A stretch of 54,374 bases of DNA, the filler included, from Sphacelaria rigidula (lineage: Eukaryota), in the NCBI GenBank assembly GCA_964200075.2. It is 5 parts of 5 records of this genome, joined end to end, with 100 filler letters (N's around TTAATTAATTAA, not from the genome) between each part and the next. Parts side by side here need not be neighbours in the genome. Positions count along the whole stretch, not along the records: positions 10,897 to 21,692 come from CAXNAA020005896.1; positions 21,793 to 32,586 come from CAXNAA020005897.1; 3 more parts are not named here. The stretch is one strand, 5' to 3'. The notes under the pieces are model-generated. The model worked only from the letters and a program-made list of their open reading frames with translations. It was not told the origin of the DNA and made no database searches. Made by a program: the position numbers and the translations under genes. This document shows, one piece after another, positions 13,023-25,900 of this stretch. Every line of letters begins with the position of its first letter. The first letter of the stretch is position 1.

Positions 13023-13534
13023 TAAACCGACGAGAAATAGTCATGACCTTGCAAGGAAACAACAGTGACTGTTGATTGTGCGTTTACGGAACAAGTCCGC
13101 ACGGCTGTTGGTTTTGTGGAACCGAAATTGTCAAGAGGTCAAGTTATAGTAGCATACAATGGATCTCATTATATCATACGGCCTGATACATTGTCATGGA
13201 TTCCAGTAAAACTATGTAACATGGACGGAACGCCCACCAAAAGTGGCTGTTATTATGTGTCGCTGGATTCAGATTGGTCCCCACATGAGATCATCGTAGA
13301 AGCAGGTGAATTCATTATCCCTCTCGGTTATACCGGTTTCGAAGGACATATGTTGCATCCTAACTCCACTCCAGGTTCTGCGGGGGCGCCTTCGGTACCA
13401 TGCTCTCCGGAGGACGTTCAGATTTATGAAACAAAGAATCTGAAACCCGAGGAGATGTTCACGGTTGACCATAATTTACAAGAACCTCCGGTTTTGTAAG
13501 GTTTGATCAATAAAAACAACGAGCGCTCAAAGAT

Positions 13535-14376
13535 ATGTGGGTGAAGCTTCCCATACATGTGCGAAAAATGAAGTTCGGGTTGGAAGGCGCACATTGGCCA
13601 GTTGAGGACGTTGAAACATTGGGGGAACTTTTGTGCAAATATTCACATCGATTTTCAAAGGAAAAAATTGATTTGGGGTATTGCACGATGGATCTATTTA
13701 AGATTGTACTCAAACCGGGGACGAGGCCCGTCAAATAGCGCCCGTACCGTCACAACCCGGCGGTTCAAAAGAAAATACAAGTGGAAATTGACCGCATGCT
13801 CGCAGCAGGCATTTTGAGTAGATCATATTCCAACTGGAGTAGTCCACTCGTGGTAGTGACCAAAGCGGATGGGTCCTTACGAATCACGTGCAAATACAAG
13901 AAGCTGAATGACAGTACAATAATTCCGGTGTTGCCCATTTCAATTATTGAGGAATGTTTGGATGAGTTGGGGGTGCCAAAATATTTTCATGTTTGGACAT
14001 CACTTCCGGTTACTTCAATGTGGCTAAAAATCAAGACTCGTTCCCGTCAACGGCGATTTGTACGCGGAGTGGTCTATATGAATCGTTAGTTATGCCGATG
14101 GGGTGCAGTGGAAGTTCAGGTTGGTTTCAGGCCAACATGGCGAGAATATGTGATGTGTTGGAACGATGCCGTCTCTATATTGATGATGTGTGTACTTTCA
14201 GCGGAACAGGCAGACAACATGTGAATGACTTGGAGGGTCTTTTTCAACGACCGACCAAGTACGACCTAAAGTTTGCACCGAAAAAGGTACATGTTGCGAT
14301 GAAAGAAACGAAATTTCTGGGACATCACATATCGGCTGAGGGAATTTCTCCTAATCAGGACAAGGTACAGGCTTAA
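13535..14376 (+). pseudogene. Gypsy reverse transcriptase (frameshifted)
   Basis: ORFs 13535-13738, 13781-14089 and 13993-14376 join into RT with the YIDD motif; internal stop and frameshift. Confidence 0.92.
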
Positions 14377-14381
14377 TCAAA

Positions 14382-15026
14382 ATGCCATTGCCAGCTGATG
14401 TATCTCAGCTCAGATCGCTATTGCGAGGTCTGGGGCACTACCGTAAATTTATTCCGCGAATGGCTGCGAGACTCAAACCTCTGACGCAATTGCTGAAGAA
14501 GGGGGTTCGGTTTCGGTTTACTCAAGAAAATGAATCGATAGCCAAGGAGATGTTATTATTCTTGACCGGTACGAACGTTTTAGCATTTCCAAACTATGAA
14601 GATGCAGCTTTGGGGAAACGCCCATTTGTGCTCACCACGCATGCATCTCCGCATGGTCTGGGCACGATGGTGGAACAACGCCAAGAGGATAACACGGTTC
14701 AACCTCTCATTTTTCTTAGTCGAGGAGCACTCCCTCACGAGAGAAATAGGAGTGTGTCCGAATTAGAGGCAGCGGCTATTGTGTGGGCCATAGAAAAGAA
14801 CAGGCCACTATTCTACGGAGTGCCGTTTGAAATTTATACTGATCATCAACCTTTGCGAAATTTATTGAGCCTTGTAGAAAAGGTTCCGAGGGTTCAGCGT
14901 TGGCACGACTTTTTAAGTGCGTACACTTATGAAATTAAGTACAAGCCAGGACGCGTGAACGCGAATGCGGATATTTTGTCTCGTTTACCACATCCGCCGG
15001 ATGATAATGATGTATCTTGGGAATAA
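14382..15026 (+). pseudogene. Gypsy RT connection + RNase H
   Basis: QLRSLLRGLGHYRKFIP, PFVLTTHAS (DAS mutated), ELEAAAIVWAI, YTDHQPL, YKPGRVNANADILSR. Confidence 0.92.
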
Positions 15027-15781
15027 CGGACCCGGGAGACATTGATGTCTATTTTATTGGTGGTGGAATGTGGCCGAGAATTTTTCAAAACTCGACCAGG
15101 GATAGGCGCGTAGGATCGGTAGTGAGTACTCACAATTCAAACTCGAGTAGGCTAGACCCTGGGTCGGTTTTCAAACTGGGAAAAAAAAAGTAAGTGCAGT
15201 ACCGCTCACGACCTCTGAAAACGCTGACCTAAAATGGAATGAGCTACAAAGAGCGAGGAATAGTATTGGTGCACGAGTAGAAAGAGAAAAGGTGGACAAG
15301 GCTTCGTACGTGGTACAGGATGACACACCATTAATTTCTCCACAGATTAATGATATGGTCAGAGGACAGTGGGATTAAGGATTGACTTTGGATGCATGTC
15401 CGATCACGGAAGTAGGGAGAAGACTGCTACAACCTCAAGAACATAGCGCCGTGTTAATCATTGAACCCACGACCAATGAAGGAAGTAGTAGTGCGGAGCC
15501 AGTAACAACGGTACCACCGACTCTGGAAGCAGAAGAAGGCTGTCATTTTGGGGAATGTTTATGTCAGAAATCGCCAAACGATTGGACTAAAATACAGCAG
15601 GAAGATCTCACGTCGAGAACAGTCATCGAATTTGAAAAAGCGAGTGACAGTGTTGACTACGGATCACGAGAAGGGGGTTCCCACAAGAATTGACCTATCC
15701 GAGTTCAAAAGATTCCTGAAACAGGGAACACCTTTGGAAATATCGGACGGAGCTTTATTATGAGTAAATAAGCAGACACCA

Positions 15782-16670
15782 ATGCCCAGTCAACTGAACC
15801 GAAACCCGGGGCAATTTCAGAGGTATTTGGGGGAAGAGCCAACCAGAACGTATGTGCCGCTGCTGTCGAGACCGTGGGTAATGGATCAAACTCACAAAGA
15901 AGCGATTCATTTGGGGGAAGGTATCACCTTATCTTTGTTCAAACGGTATTACTGGTGGATTGGAATGAAGGATAGTGTAAAATTCTGGATCAGAAGATGT
16001 TATACATGTCAAGCTTGGAAAAATCCGAGACATACTGTACAGTGAGATGGCCACTTATTTCCTTAGCACTACCGAGTCAACCAGGGCAGATGGTTTCGTT
16101 TGATTTGTTGGGTCCGTTACCAAAATCAACGAAGGGGAATACATACACTCTTTTGATGGTTGATCTGTTAAGTAGACATGCGGAAGCGTATGCTCTTACC
16201 AAAGAAGAGAAAACAGCGAAAGTGCGAATACTATAGCGCATGACTACATCCCGAGATGAGGACGTCCTCACTCGTTATTGTCGGATCGAGGAACGGAATT
16301 CACAGCAAAAGTGGCAAGGATAGTCTATGAGATGTTGGGAGCCGTGAAACGATACACGAGCGCGTAGCATCCACAACCCAACGGGATGGTGGAGCGACTG
16401 AACCACACGCTATGTCAAATGTTGTCGTACCTAGTGGCAGATGATCAGAAAGACTAGGATAAGCTATCGTTACACGCAATTTCTGCACATAACAACAATG
16501 TAATAAGTAGAGAAATAGGGTTGGCGCCGAATGAGGTGCATATCGGGAGATATCCAACGTTACCCACGACCATCCTAGAAAGAAGGGATGTGGTAGGGCA
16601 CCAATGATTGAAGGCGGATCAACTCGAATATTTGCAGGTGATGAAGGATCGTCAAACCAAAGCATACAAC
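15782..16670 (+). pseudogene. Gypsy integrase (HHCC zinc finger + rve core, disrupted)
   Basis: HKEAIHLG...YYWWIGM...CYTCQ; VSFDLLGPLP...LLMVDLLSR; LLSDRGTEFT; HPQPNGMVERLNHTL; several stops and frameshifts. Confidence 0.92.
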
Positions 16671-17677
16671 AGCGGATCCTGAAAAATGGGGTTGAACACA
16701 ACAATGGAGCTCATCCCCTGTTGGGGTTTTTGATAGTTTGACCGAAACAGTTAAGTCATGGAAAGCGCTTTCGCTTGTATTCGGGTCCCAAGTAGTTTTG
16801 GTAGCTGGCGTGGCTACCCGCGGGCGTCTCGCCGACGACGGCACTGGAGTACCCATGACGACGATAAGGCCCTCGCACGCGTCCTTCATGTGTTCCTACA
16901 ACAGCACAGCGGTCTCGTCGCTGCCGTACCGTCTCGGTGACCGCACGGCACGGTGTGTGGCAGCTGATATGGGTGTGCATCTGTTTGCGTTGTGTGCGGT
17001 ATCTGCCATCTACTAATTTGTGGGTTAGGGTTAGAAAGGAAGCCTGCCGCACGGCCAACTGCGGGCATCAACTTGCGCGTGATAGAGAGCGGCTATCCGG
17101 GCGATTGTGTCCTCCAATTCCTCAGCGGCGCAAGAGCAACGCCTTACTGTTCAGATGTTTTTTTTTTTTCACCTGCTCTCGCGCCTTGGACAAGGACGGG
17201 CATGGCCAACAGTGGGAGTGGAAAGAGAGAAGAAGTGAATCGTGGAAACGCATGCAGCAACGACGAACAAACACGGTCCAGATCACGCCTCAACACCCTT
17301 GCCTGTCCCCTCCGCGCCCTAGTCGCTTTACTGCCACGCGTCTTGCCGCCTGCAACGAAGCATCAACCAACCACCGGCCTCTACTTTACGAAGGGGAAAC
17401 CAGAGTAACACCAACCCATGTCCAATAACACTAACCCATGTCCAATGATGTACTCGTGTCAATCCGACATCACCACTACCCCCAGCGCCAGCAACAAAAT
17501 CACCACCGCCTACTTGACCATCCCTCGAACTGCCCCCGCCGAAATCTCGCAACTCTCGCTCTTGCTTTCACCCCCCTTCAACACCCCTACTCGGCGGCCC
17601 TTTCTTCGCCGTCGGATTTCTGTCGCCGTCGACATCATTAACCACAATACCGCCGTCTGCACCGCCCGAATCGGCGC

Positions 17678-20600
17678 CTACGGACCCGTACTACGACGAC
17701 GGGGTCGAAAATGTGCGGCTGTCAGGCGGACACCCAAGTCAATATTGATTTTGGCTCCTGTAGTCGAATCGCTACCAGCTTCGGGTGCGGCTCCTCCCGC
17801 AACCCGCCGCAGACCTCCTCCCTTATTGCCACCGGCACCCGTGGACACTCCAATTCCTGTCGTCTCTCAACTATTGTCCCCGACTTTGTTTTCTTCATTC
17901 TGCTCCCCGTACTTCTCCCGCTCGGCATGTGCGTTACGATCGCCCTTGTTCCCCACCTACCTCAATCGTGTACTGTCCTCCTCTGCCCCCTCCCTCTGGG
18001 GCGCGCGTTCGTCTTCATCCTCATCAAGGTGCTCGCCCCCGTCGCGGTCCCCGCTTCTCGGGACCTCCTCCCCCGACACCCCCTGCTTTCCCGAGGCCTG
18101 TTCGTCCGCATGCTTTGAGTCCCCGTCCTCGGCATGATAGTCGTGGCCGGCCGCCTGGAGAGTATGCATGTTTGCATTAGGAATATATTCTCCCGCTATC
18201 AGGCTTGCGCAAGATGCAACGACGTCCTCGCATGCCATCCAGTCCACAACCGGTACCAGTTTCCGCCTCTTCTTCGTGCCCGAGACAAGTCCTTCTCTGA
18301 AATCCATGTCGAATACACCCTACCCGTACTGGAAAGTAGTATACCTTGATGCATTCTCCCGCACACGACGGTTGGAAGGCGACAGCCAGTGCACCTCCAC
18401 TTCGTTGTGATAGGCCGCGACACCATCCTTCCCCATCCTGCGCGTACCAATAACTTGACCCGCCAGAAAAGGTGCATCATGGGAGAGGAAGAACACGTAC
18501 TCCCCCTTGGCCGAGGAAGGAATCTTAGGGGGTGAGTGTAGTTGTCAGCCGTCCTCTCGCTCGCGAAAACACGAATCGACGTCGTCGCGGGTGGGTCCAT
18601 CCGATTGAACTCCAGCCCCCGCGTTCTTGTCGCTGCCCAGGAGCGGTCCCGGCGACGGCAACCACCAATCGTCCAGCTCCCACTCGCAGAGGCCCTCTGC
18701 CTCCAGCAGTGTCGCGGAGTGATCCATCTCTGCCTTTATTCCTTCCCGTTTCGCGGGATCTGCACAGCGTGGCACGGGTGCAGTGATGCATCATGGATCC
18801 CCATAGACAAACTCATTATAGATTACGATACGTCGATCGTGAGTCGCTGTGCTTCCGCACCTCGCGCCCGGGTGTCACGGGACAGAGTGCATGGCGCAAT
18901 GTTGAATAGAGGAGAACAGTACGTCTTGGAATCAATGTCCACCCCCGTCCTCCCTGATGTTATATGAACCAAATATTGACATCAACTCTCAGTTTTCGAG
19001 AGTTTGGCAGGCGGAAACGGTATGGAGAACCGCTAGTGCATATGAAGAAAGAATATAACCTTTCTCACTTTTTCATGTATTTCTTGTAATTTATTTTTGG
19101 CGTATTGTAGCGGGGGTGGGGGGTAAATGAACGTTGCTATTGGGGATTATTTTGTTTTTTTTACGTCAACGTTTGGAATGCGCTTACCAATTCAGCGTGG
19201 ACAGCCACGGAGGTATGGTGAGCATTTGAAGAAAGTGAACTTTTATAGGTTTTGGCAAGAGCCTCGTTTATCGGCAAAAACATTGTCGGCACTATACCAT
19301 AACGCGCTAAATCGCTGGCAAAGAGGTTGATACGTACAATCGACTGTGCACTTGGCAATCCCGGCTCCCCTCAATTTTGAGAATTCGACCCTAAGACGGT
19401 GCATGGGGAAATAAATGAAGGGCTGCGCGGAGAAACGTTTTCAAACCCGCCCCCCCCCCCAGAGGGCATTACTTGCGGACAATTGTCGTGATATTCTTCA
19501 TATCAATTTTGGCGCAGGAGATCGAGCAATGATCATTGCCAAAAGCCGAAAAATCTGGTGGGCTCAGGGGGGTTGGTATATCTGCTTCTGCTCCTTCCCC
19601 GCTGTGTCCCGATGACCTCGGATGCCGGAGGATATTTGTGCCAAAATTGCTATAACTGTTCATATTTATTTCGACCATCTTGTTGCAGGAATTGATCTAT
19701 AAACACTGCCAAAAGCCGCAAAGCCTAGTGGGCTTTGTGGGGTTCATATATTTACTTCTACTCCTTGCGCGCTCTGTCCCGATGGCCTCAGGTCCCCACG
19801 CCAATGATATCTGTTCGCGGCACCTGACGGCATCCGCCTACGCTTCGGTAACAAACGGGGGGGCGGGTCGCGAGCGTCGCCCCCCATCAAAACTGGGGGT
19901 TTGTTATGTCGGGGCACGCATGGTCATACTTGTGTCTGAACGCTGCCCCTTCGGCCTGGTGACGAAAAATATCACGCGTCCCGTCTGCGTCGTCTTTGGT
20001 GGGTTCCCGGGATTTGGCTCTTTACGGAGAGGTAAGCATTGCTTGCCGCTCCTGGAAACAATATAGTTCAGGTTTGACGATAACTGTTGGTTGATGCTGT
20101 TTTCATTCTCCGTACCACTTTTGAAAATCCAAGACTCGACGTCTACGTTAGACGGGTGCGACGTCAAGACAGTGGCGGTTGAAATCAAGAAACAGGGGTG
20201 ACTACACCCCCTCCTGTCGAAGGGCTACTGGTGTTTGCAATTGTTGGGTGGGGCCTAGTGAGGGAAAAACGAGGAACAAATTTAAATGGTGACATTGATA
20301 GATTTCTGTCACTTAGTTTGGCGCTGGTTTCTCAATATATTGGGAATTTCATACCATATGTTCACGACGTCGCGCAACCTATCGAAAATAACCGAGAAAG
20401 GAAGGCGTACTATGCCTTCTCAAAGTGCTTGTGCCATTCTCCAGAGCACAGTTCTAACACTTGAGCTGATACAATGATAACATTCAAGAACACTCGCTTC
20501 TTCGCCAATCTTCCGTACGGAACGAGAAAGAAAATGGAAAGAAAACATAGAAACTGACTAATACCGTCCTGTCGTGCTCGCATGTGCATATGGAGTAAAC

Positions 20601-21332
20601 ACGGGTAAAACAGACATATCTAAATCGTGGGCGACCTGCCAATTCTGGTATTTTTGCGGGGTCGGTCGTACCGTTCTCGCAGTCCAAATCGTTTGGTAAT
20701 CACTTTGTCCCCGCTCTCTCGTTCATCGGAACGGGCTACAGGCTGACGACAACCGAAGCACTAACGAGTGAGGCGATTCGCCGTTGATATGAGGTTAGAT
20801 GGTACCAGACAGCATGATCGATGTAGGGGGCTCGTCTTTGCGCGGATCCGGGTGGGAGCGCAACGACAAAAATAACACGGGCATTCAAACTTACCGGCAG
20901 GATACGTTGCATCAACTCGGTCATGCACAGCTTTGTACCGTTGCTTGATGTACTTGATCGTTGTGGGGTCGACTGTCTTCAGTTCGAACGGCGGGGCTTC
21001 TTCGACAAGAGGTAAGGCACCTCGGAAGAGAACCCGAAGCTCACCCTCATACACTCCCGCGGCGGTCTTCTCGGTGAAAGTCGGGGCGTGCATGGATTCC
21101 TTCATGCCAATTGTCATCTGATTACCCTCGCGGGCCTCAACTCGAACGCACGCGGCTGTGTGATACCTGGGATAGTGATAACCCGGCCGCCGCCGAGGCA
21201 GGCGTCCTTGAAATTCCCCAGCGCACAAAGTGTGGTGGTGTGAACCGACAACTCCTAATATAGGCTTCTCTGAAGGCGTCAACTTGCTGTCGCCTCGTGA
21301 ATAGGTCTACCCCCTTGCAGTGGACAGACAGC
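17678..21332 (-). pseudogene. Spliced, decayed transposase-like gene (tentatively DUF7869/Sola-like), exons about 21332-20895 and 18759-17678
   Basis: Exon A: cag|G LSVHCKGVDLFTRRQQVDAFREAY ... LGNFKDACL...IPGITQPRAFEL ... QMTIGMKESMHAPTF...RVDATYPA G|gtaagt (two frameshifts). Exon B: tgcag|AT PAKREGIKAEMD...GEYVFFLSHDAPFLAGQV...EVEVHWLSP...VDWMACEDVVASC..., one frame with about 4 stops. Donor and acceptor are both phase 1. Family assignment is from recalled motif resemblance, not a search. Confidence 0.6.
19530..19630. repeat. Dispersed repeat, inverted copy at about 54130-54230
   Basis: Reverse complement CCGGCATCCGAGGTCATCGGGACACAGCGGGGAAGGAGCAGAAGCAGATATAC matches 54131-54183. Confidence 0.75.
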
Positions 21333-21692
21333 CTGTAGGTGCGGTACGTACGTGGATGTGTATCATCCAACACAGGAAACGGGGCCGTTGATGGTTCGGA
21401 TGCTTAACCGGTCGCAGATGGTCAGACGCCGCAATGGCGCTGGGTTTCGGTGTCAGTCATTGGCAGACTCCTGTGGTTTTCTATGGGCGGCGGATCGAGG
21501 ACTATTGTGTACATTTTTTTGTTCTTGGAGGAGTGGACCCCCACATTCTGAAACGGAAATGCCTCCGGGGATCTGTTTACGCTGTGTCGCTGGGGGTGGG
21601 GGGGGGGGAAGGGAGGGGGGGGGGGGGGGTACGACAAAGCACTGGACCACTTCTGTTTTATCTCGTGGGTGAAGGTAGTTACCTTCTACTGC

Positions 21693-21792
21693 NNNNNNNN
21701 NNNNNNNNNNNNNNNNNNNNNNNNNNNNNNNNNNNNTTAATTAATTAANNNNNNNNNNNNNNNNNNNNNNNNNNNNNNNNNNNNNNNNNNNN
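21693..21792. other. Artificial scaffold linker
   Basis: Same 100-nt linker. Confidence 0.98.
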
Positions 21793-22152
21793 CCAGGAAA
21801 ATCGGGAAGCAACCCGCAGCGATGCAAAACAACCCCCCCCCCCCCCCCCCCCCGAAGAATATACACAACGAGTAATGAACATTTTTGTTGTACAGTAGTT
21901 TTTGTGGCACGCCGAAATGGTCGCCTCCTTTACCTTCACCTAGTTTTTCATGTACCGAGAGATGCGGCGCGCAATAAGATTTCATAATAAAATCAATATA
22001 TTGCCAAGACACAGGGGTGAGCCGTAGCAGATATAGACTTACTTCATGCTCCTGTTCTGAGACTTGTGCTTTAATCTCAATGGAAAGACATAAAAGAGAG
22101 GAAAAAGCAAAATTAACGACTAAAAGCGGCGCACCATAATTTTCCCATGAGC

Positions 22153-22265
22153 CAACCCTTGCACAGCGAGGGTAGGTACATAACCCCCTGAATCAGCATC
22201 AACATTCACTCGAAAAGGGTACAAGTCATCCAGATCGACGACCCGCAACGCGGTCGAAGGGTTAA
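22153..22265. mobile_element. Solo piggyBac-like MITE copy
   Basis: AACCCTT...GCGAGGGTAGGT...CTGAATCAGCATCAA...CGCGGTCGAAGGGTTAA. Confidence 0.7.
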
Positions 22266-22853
22266 GGACATTTTGGTAAAGGAATGGATGTTTGTTTTGC
22301 ATCTTCTTCCTCAACTCACGAAGGAAAAAAAAAAAACTCAGTGTGTCGCATGTTAAGTGCTTTTTATTTTGCCCTTGCGATACGATACTCCTGGCCAGGA
22401 TTTACTCTCTGATCCGTTTTCGAGCAGTGCCAAGCTCGTCGAACGCTGTAACAACATCATGAAAGTCAGGTCACAGATATAAAGCGCGACAGTCACCACC
22501 ACCACCAGAACAACAACAACCAACAAACGAAACGTGGCACATTAGAGGGAAAAACAAGAGCAGCACGTAGTTCTCGGGGAGGGCAAAAGACGCCAGCAGA
22601 GCGAACTCCGAGAGCACACGCACGGTTGGAAATAGCGGAAAAAAACAAAGGTGAAAATCCTCCACTCCTCTCAATACCCACAGCCTGATCCGAAGAAAAA
22701 TCGGCGCGCTCCGTCCTGGCTTTGTAGGGATTCGAGGTAAATGACCATACGACTACAGAAAGCAATATCGTGAGTACACCCCTTACCCCCCCACACCCCC
22801 TTTCCCAATTTCAAGCGGAGGTGGTATTTTTTTCACAAAAAAGCAGCACGCAC

Positions 22854-22923
22854 CTCGAGGTAGTTCAGGCTATCGAATACTCGGAACACGTCCATGCCGG
22901 CCTGCTGTGCCTCCTCACAGAAC
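22854..22923 (-). CDS. PYC: Pyruvate carboxylase exon ([23 protein letters not shown])
   Basis: 70 nt, phase 2/0; [11 protein letters not shown] motif. Confidence 0.92.
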
Positions 22924-25900
22924 CTGACCCAGCACACAGCCGCAGCAGCACCAGCGACAACGGACAAACAGGCACACAGACACACGCACACACCTCGTAT
23001 CAGCCCACAACTACCGGCGGCACGACCAAATATTCACGGCGCGACAATCGACTATTAATAACCTCCTCCAAGAATTTTCGGAACAACTCGAAGAAACAAG
23101 TGTTGGTAAAGTAGACATTGAGCGTACATTTATCGGGAAATGCGCCCACCATATCAAAATGAGAAATTTTTTCCATCATCGTTCGTTACATGGAAGAATT
23201 GATGTCATACTAATCTTCATATATATACATTATTGAAGATGCCATTCGTGCAAAACTTACCCACGACTCTTTTCTTCAAAGTCACAGGTGCTTTGCACGT
23301 GGGTTCTCGCTATTTATAAATGAGCAAATTAATTCATTGGTTGTACATGATAATCGTGTACAAGTAAATTATTGAATTATATATTTCATTCATTGGTTGG
23401 TTGGGAATGGATGGTTGGATAGTTTGTTGAATTTTATTTTTTGGACAACGGAAAGACAATAATGACAGTCTTTCCGAAACAATTCAGGGTTAGGACAAAT
23501 CATCACGACTCTAAATCACCAAATTCATGATTTCGTCGGCCTGACTGCCCAAAAGGGACAAAAAAGTTGATCGCTGGTCCAAGGGGGTATTCACGCAACT
23601 TTTTCGCCATTCCACGTGTCTGGGCTGCGTGCACCTGGGTTGCAACGCTGAAATGAAGCCTAGGGATTGATTCGTCACGAGTCGACTCATCATGCTAAAA
23701 CCAAGTAATTTTTGGACGAGTCATCATTTGTCCGACCCTCGAAACAATTCAACAGTTTGTTTGTTGATGAAGCCGACAATAGTTGCAACAGGCCAACATT
23801 TTACACATGGATGACTGATATGCAGATGGGTCAAGCTGATGATTGATCAACATCCACAGTGTGTCCCTACACTCCCTCACTTGAACACAACGTTGTCGGG
23901 GTACGAAGTGTAGCCCACCGCGTTAGCCCCTCTGAGAAGCATCTGGAAGGGAATGTTCGGCACGGCCTCCCTCATGCGAGCCAGTCTATCCCACGGGCAT
24001 TCCTGTTCATGGCGCACGACGTAGCACAAGGGCCAACAGTGATTGTTGAATTTTGCTGTTCCACAGGTCAGCGTGCATTTTGTGCTTCACCATTTCTTTC
24101 ATAGACCTCCCCACCCACCCCCTTTGTTCCCAGCAACACGCTCAGTGCCTACAATATTCGAAACGTCATAGAGCAGGTCTGTGAAGGTGTGCACTTTTGA
24201 AGTACCCGCGTATAAATCGCGGGTATTTACTCCACCCAAGGTGCGGGAACAGCGAGTACAATCTCAATACGTACTCGATCCAAAAATTGGAGATAGCTGG
24301 GTATTGTCTGAATACCCGAGGAAGCGGGGGAAATGAGAGTCTCAGCAATACCCGGGTGTAAGAACCGTCACCTCGGTGTGATCTCAATACTTTACCCAAA
24401 TTTGGGGTAGAGTCAGGTATGCTTTCAATGCTCTATAACCAAATGTTGGTCGATTTTGGTACCATGTCAATAATTTCCCAAAAATATTGGTCAATTCGCG
24501 TACCATCTCAAAAACCCATCCAAGTATTGGCCGATTCGCGTACCATCCCAAAAACCCATCCAAGTATTGGCCCACTTCGGTACCATGTCAACAATCTACT
24601 CGACTGCTTTAGAACCAACCTATCAGTATGTCTGGATAAAGGGTTTATATACCCCTTAGGGGTCAGGAAGCCGAGGAGAGTAGGGCGGCACATGCACTGT
24701 GCTGAGTTGACGGAGTTTTTTTCAAGGATTCAACCCCCACCCTCGCTCAAGCAAAAGCTTTCCGGACGCCCGAGGCGCCGCCCACCTCCTAATGAAGGCC
24801 GTGATGCGGTGTAGCCGAACCTCGGGCTCATCGCCACACGTACCCTCGCTAGCGAGGAAAATTGGGTGAGATTTCCTCCTCCAATGAGACAACAAAAAAG
24901 ATATATAGCCTATTCCTCGACCTGCCCTTGGATATCTCTCCTCATCACAGTGCTGCCGTTGCTTTCCCCGTACACAAAGCACACGCCAGCACACACACCC
25001 ACACAACACCCTTCCTCGAACCTTGAGGAAACGCATAGCCACGTCGAAGGTCGCTCCACCCCAGCACTCCAAGCTGTAGGCGTTGCGGAGGGCGATAGAT
25101 GTGGCGGGCGCCACATTGAGAAGGTCCACGGTACGGACGCGAGTTGCCAGCAAGGACTGGTGCGCGTCTCGCCACGTCGTGTCGGTGACCAGGAGTCCCT
25201 CATTGTTCCGTACGGCTTTGGCAAACGCCTCCGGCCCGTCCTGACGATCGCGCGCATTTGGGTGTGATACGTTTGAGATGGGGTGGATTTACTTGTATGA
25301 GGGAGTATTCAGAGGGAACGATCTCAACAAAAAGTCAGGTGATGTTCATTGAGATCGTTTGTCGACGCCAGCTTTGAGGCGGGGCCTGTTTAATCTGTTT
25401 GGGACGGGGAACCGAAGAAAACTATAAAAAAAAAAGAAGGAAACAGCGACAAAATATTTGGATATTAGATGCTAAACCCTGCATGTTTGACATATGCAGG
25501 GTGACAAGTACCAGCTGCCAATCAGAAGAACAGCAGGTACTTCTGCGTGTACCCTCACAAATCGAAAATACAGGGCGTAAATAAATCGCGGAAGCTTTTT
25601 TCTTTTTCCCTTTTCAAACGATCGTCCGGGTTGGATCAGGATAGCTCCCCCTTTGCGTCCCATTTCATTACAGGTAGGGTTAGCTGACCATTTGTGTCCC
25701 TAGCACGAATCAGCAGTGTGACTGGTATCTTGACAGCAATAGCCAGAGCTAGGGCGGGAGGGGGGTTTGCAAGCTTGGATGCCGATACCTCCACCTGTTA
25801 TTTCTACCCCCAATACATTCCACGGGTCGGACGAATCAATGATTCGTCTGGAAATTACTTGATTTTAGTGTGATTAATTCGTACCGTACGAATCAATCCT

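Larger units (their letters stand above)
11300..16675 (+). mobile_element. Degenerate Ty3/gypsy LTR retrotransposon internal region (PR-RT-RNaseH-IN order); no LTRs visible; boundaries approximate
   Basis: Protease ALVDTE...YDILVGRD; RT WSSPLVVVTKADGSLR...MPMG...LYIDDV...FLGH; RNase H ELEAAAIVWAI...YTDHQPL...NADILSR; integrase HHCC and core. Many stops and frameshifts. Confidence 0.93.

Noticed and set aside
17022..17034. Telomeric repeat (also near 28775 and 47820)
   Set aside because: Only about two units or degenerate units, internal to other sequence.
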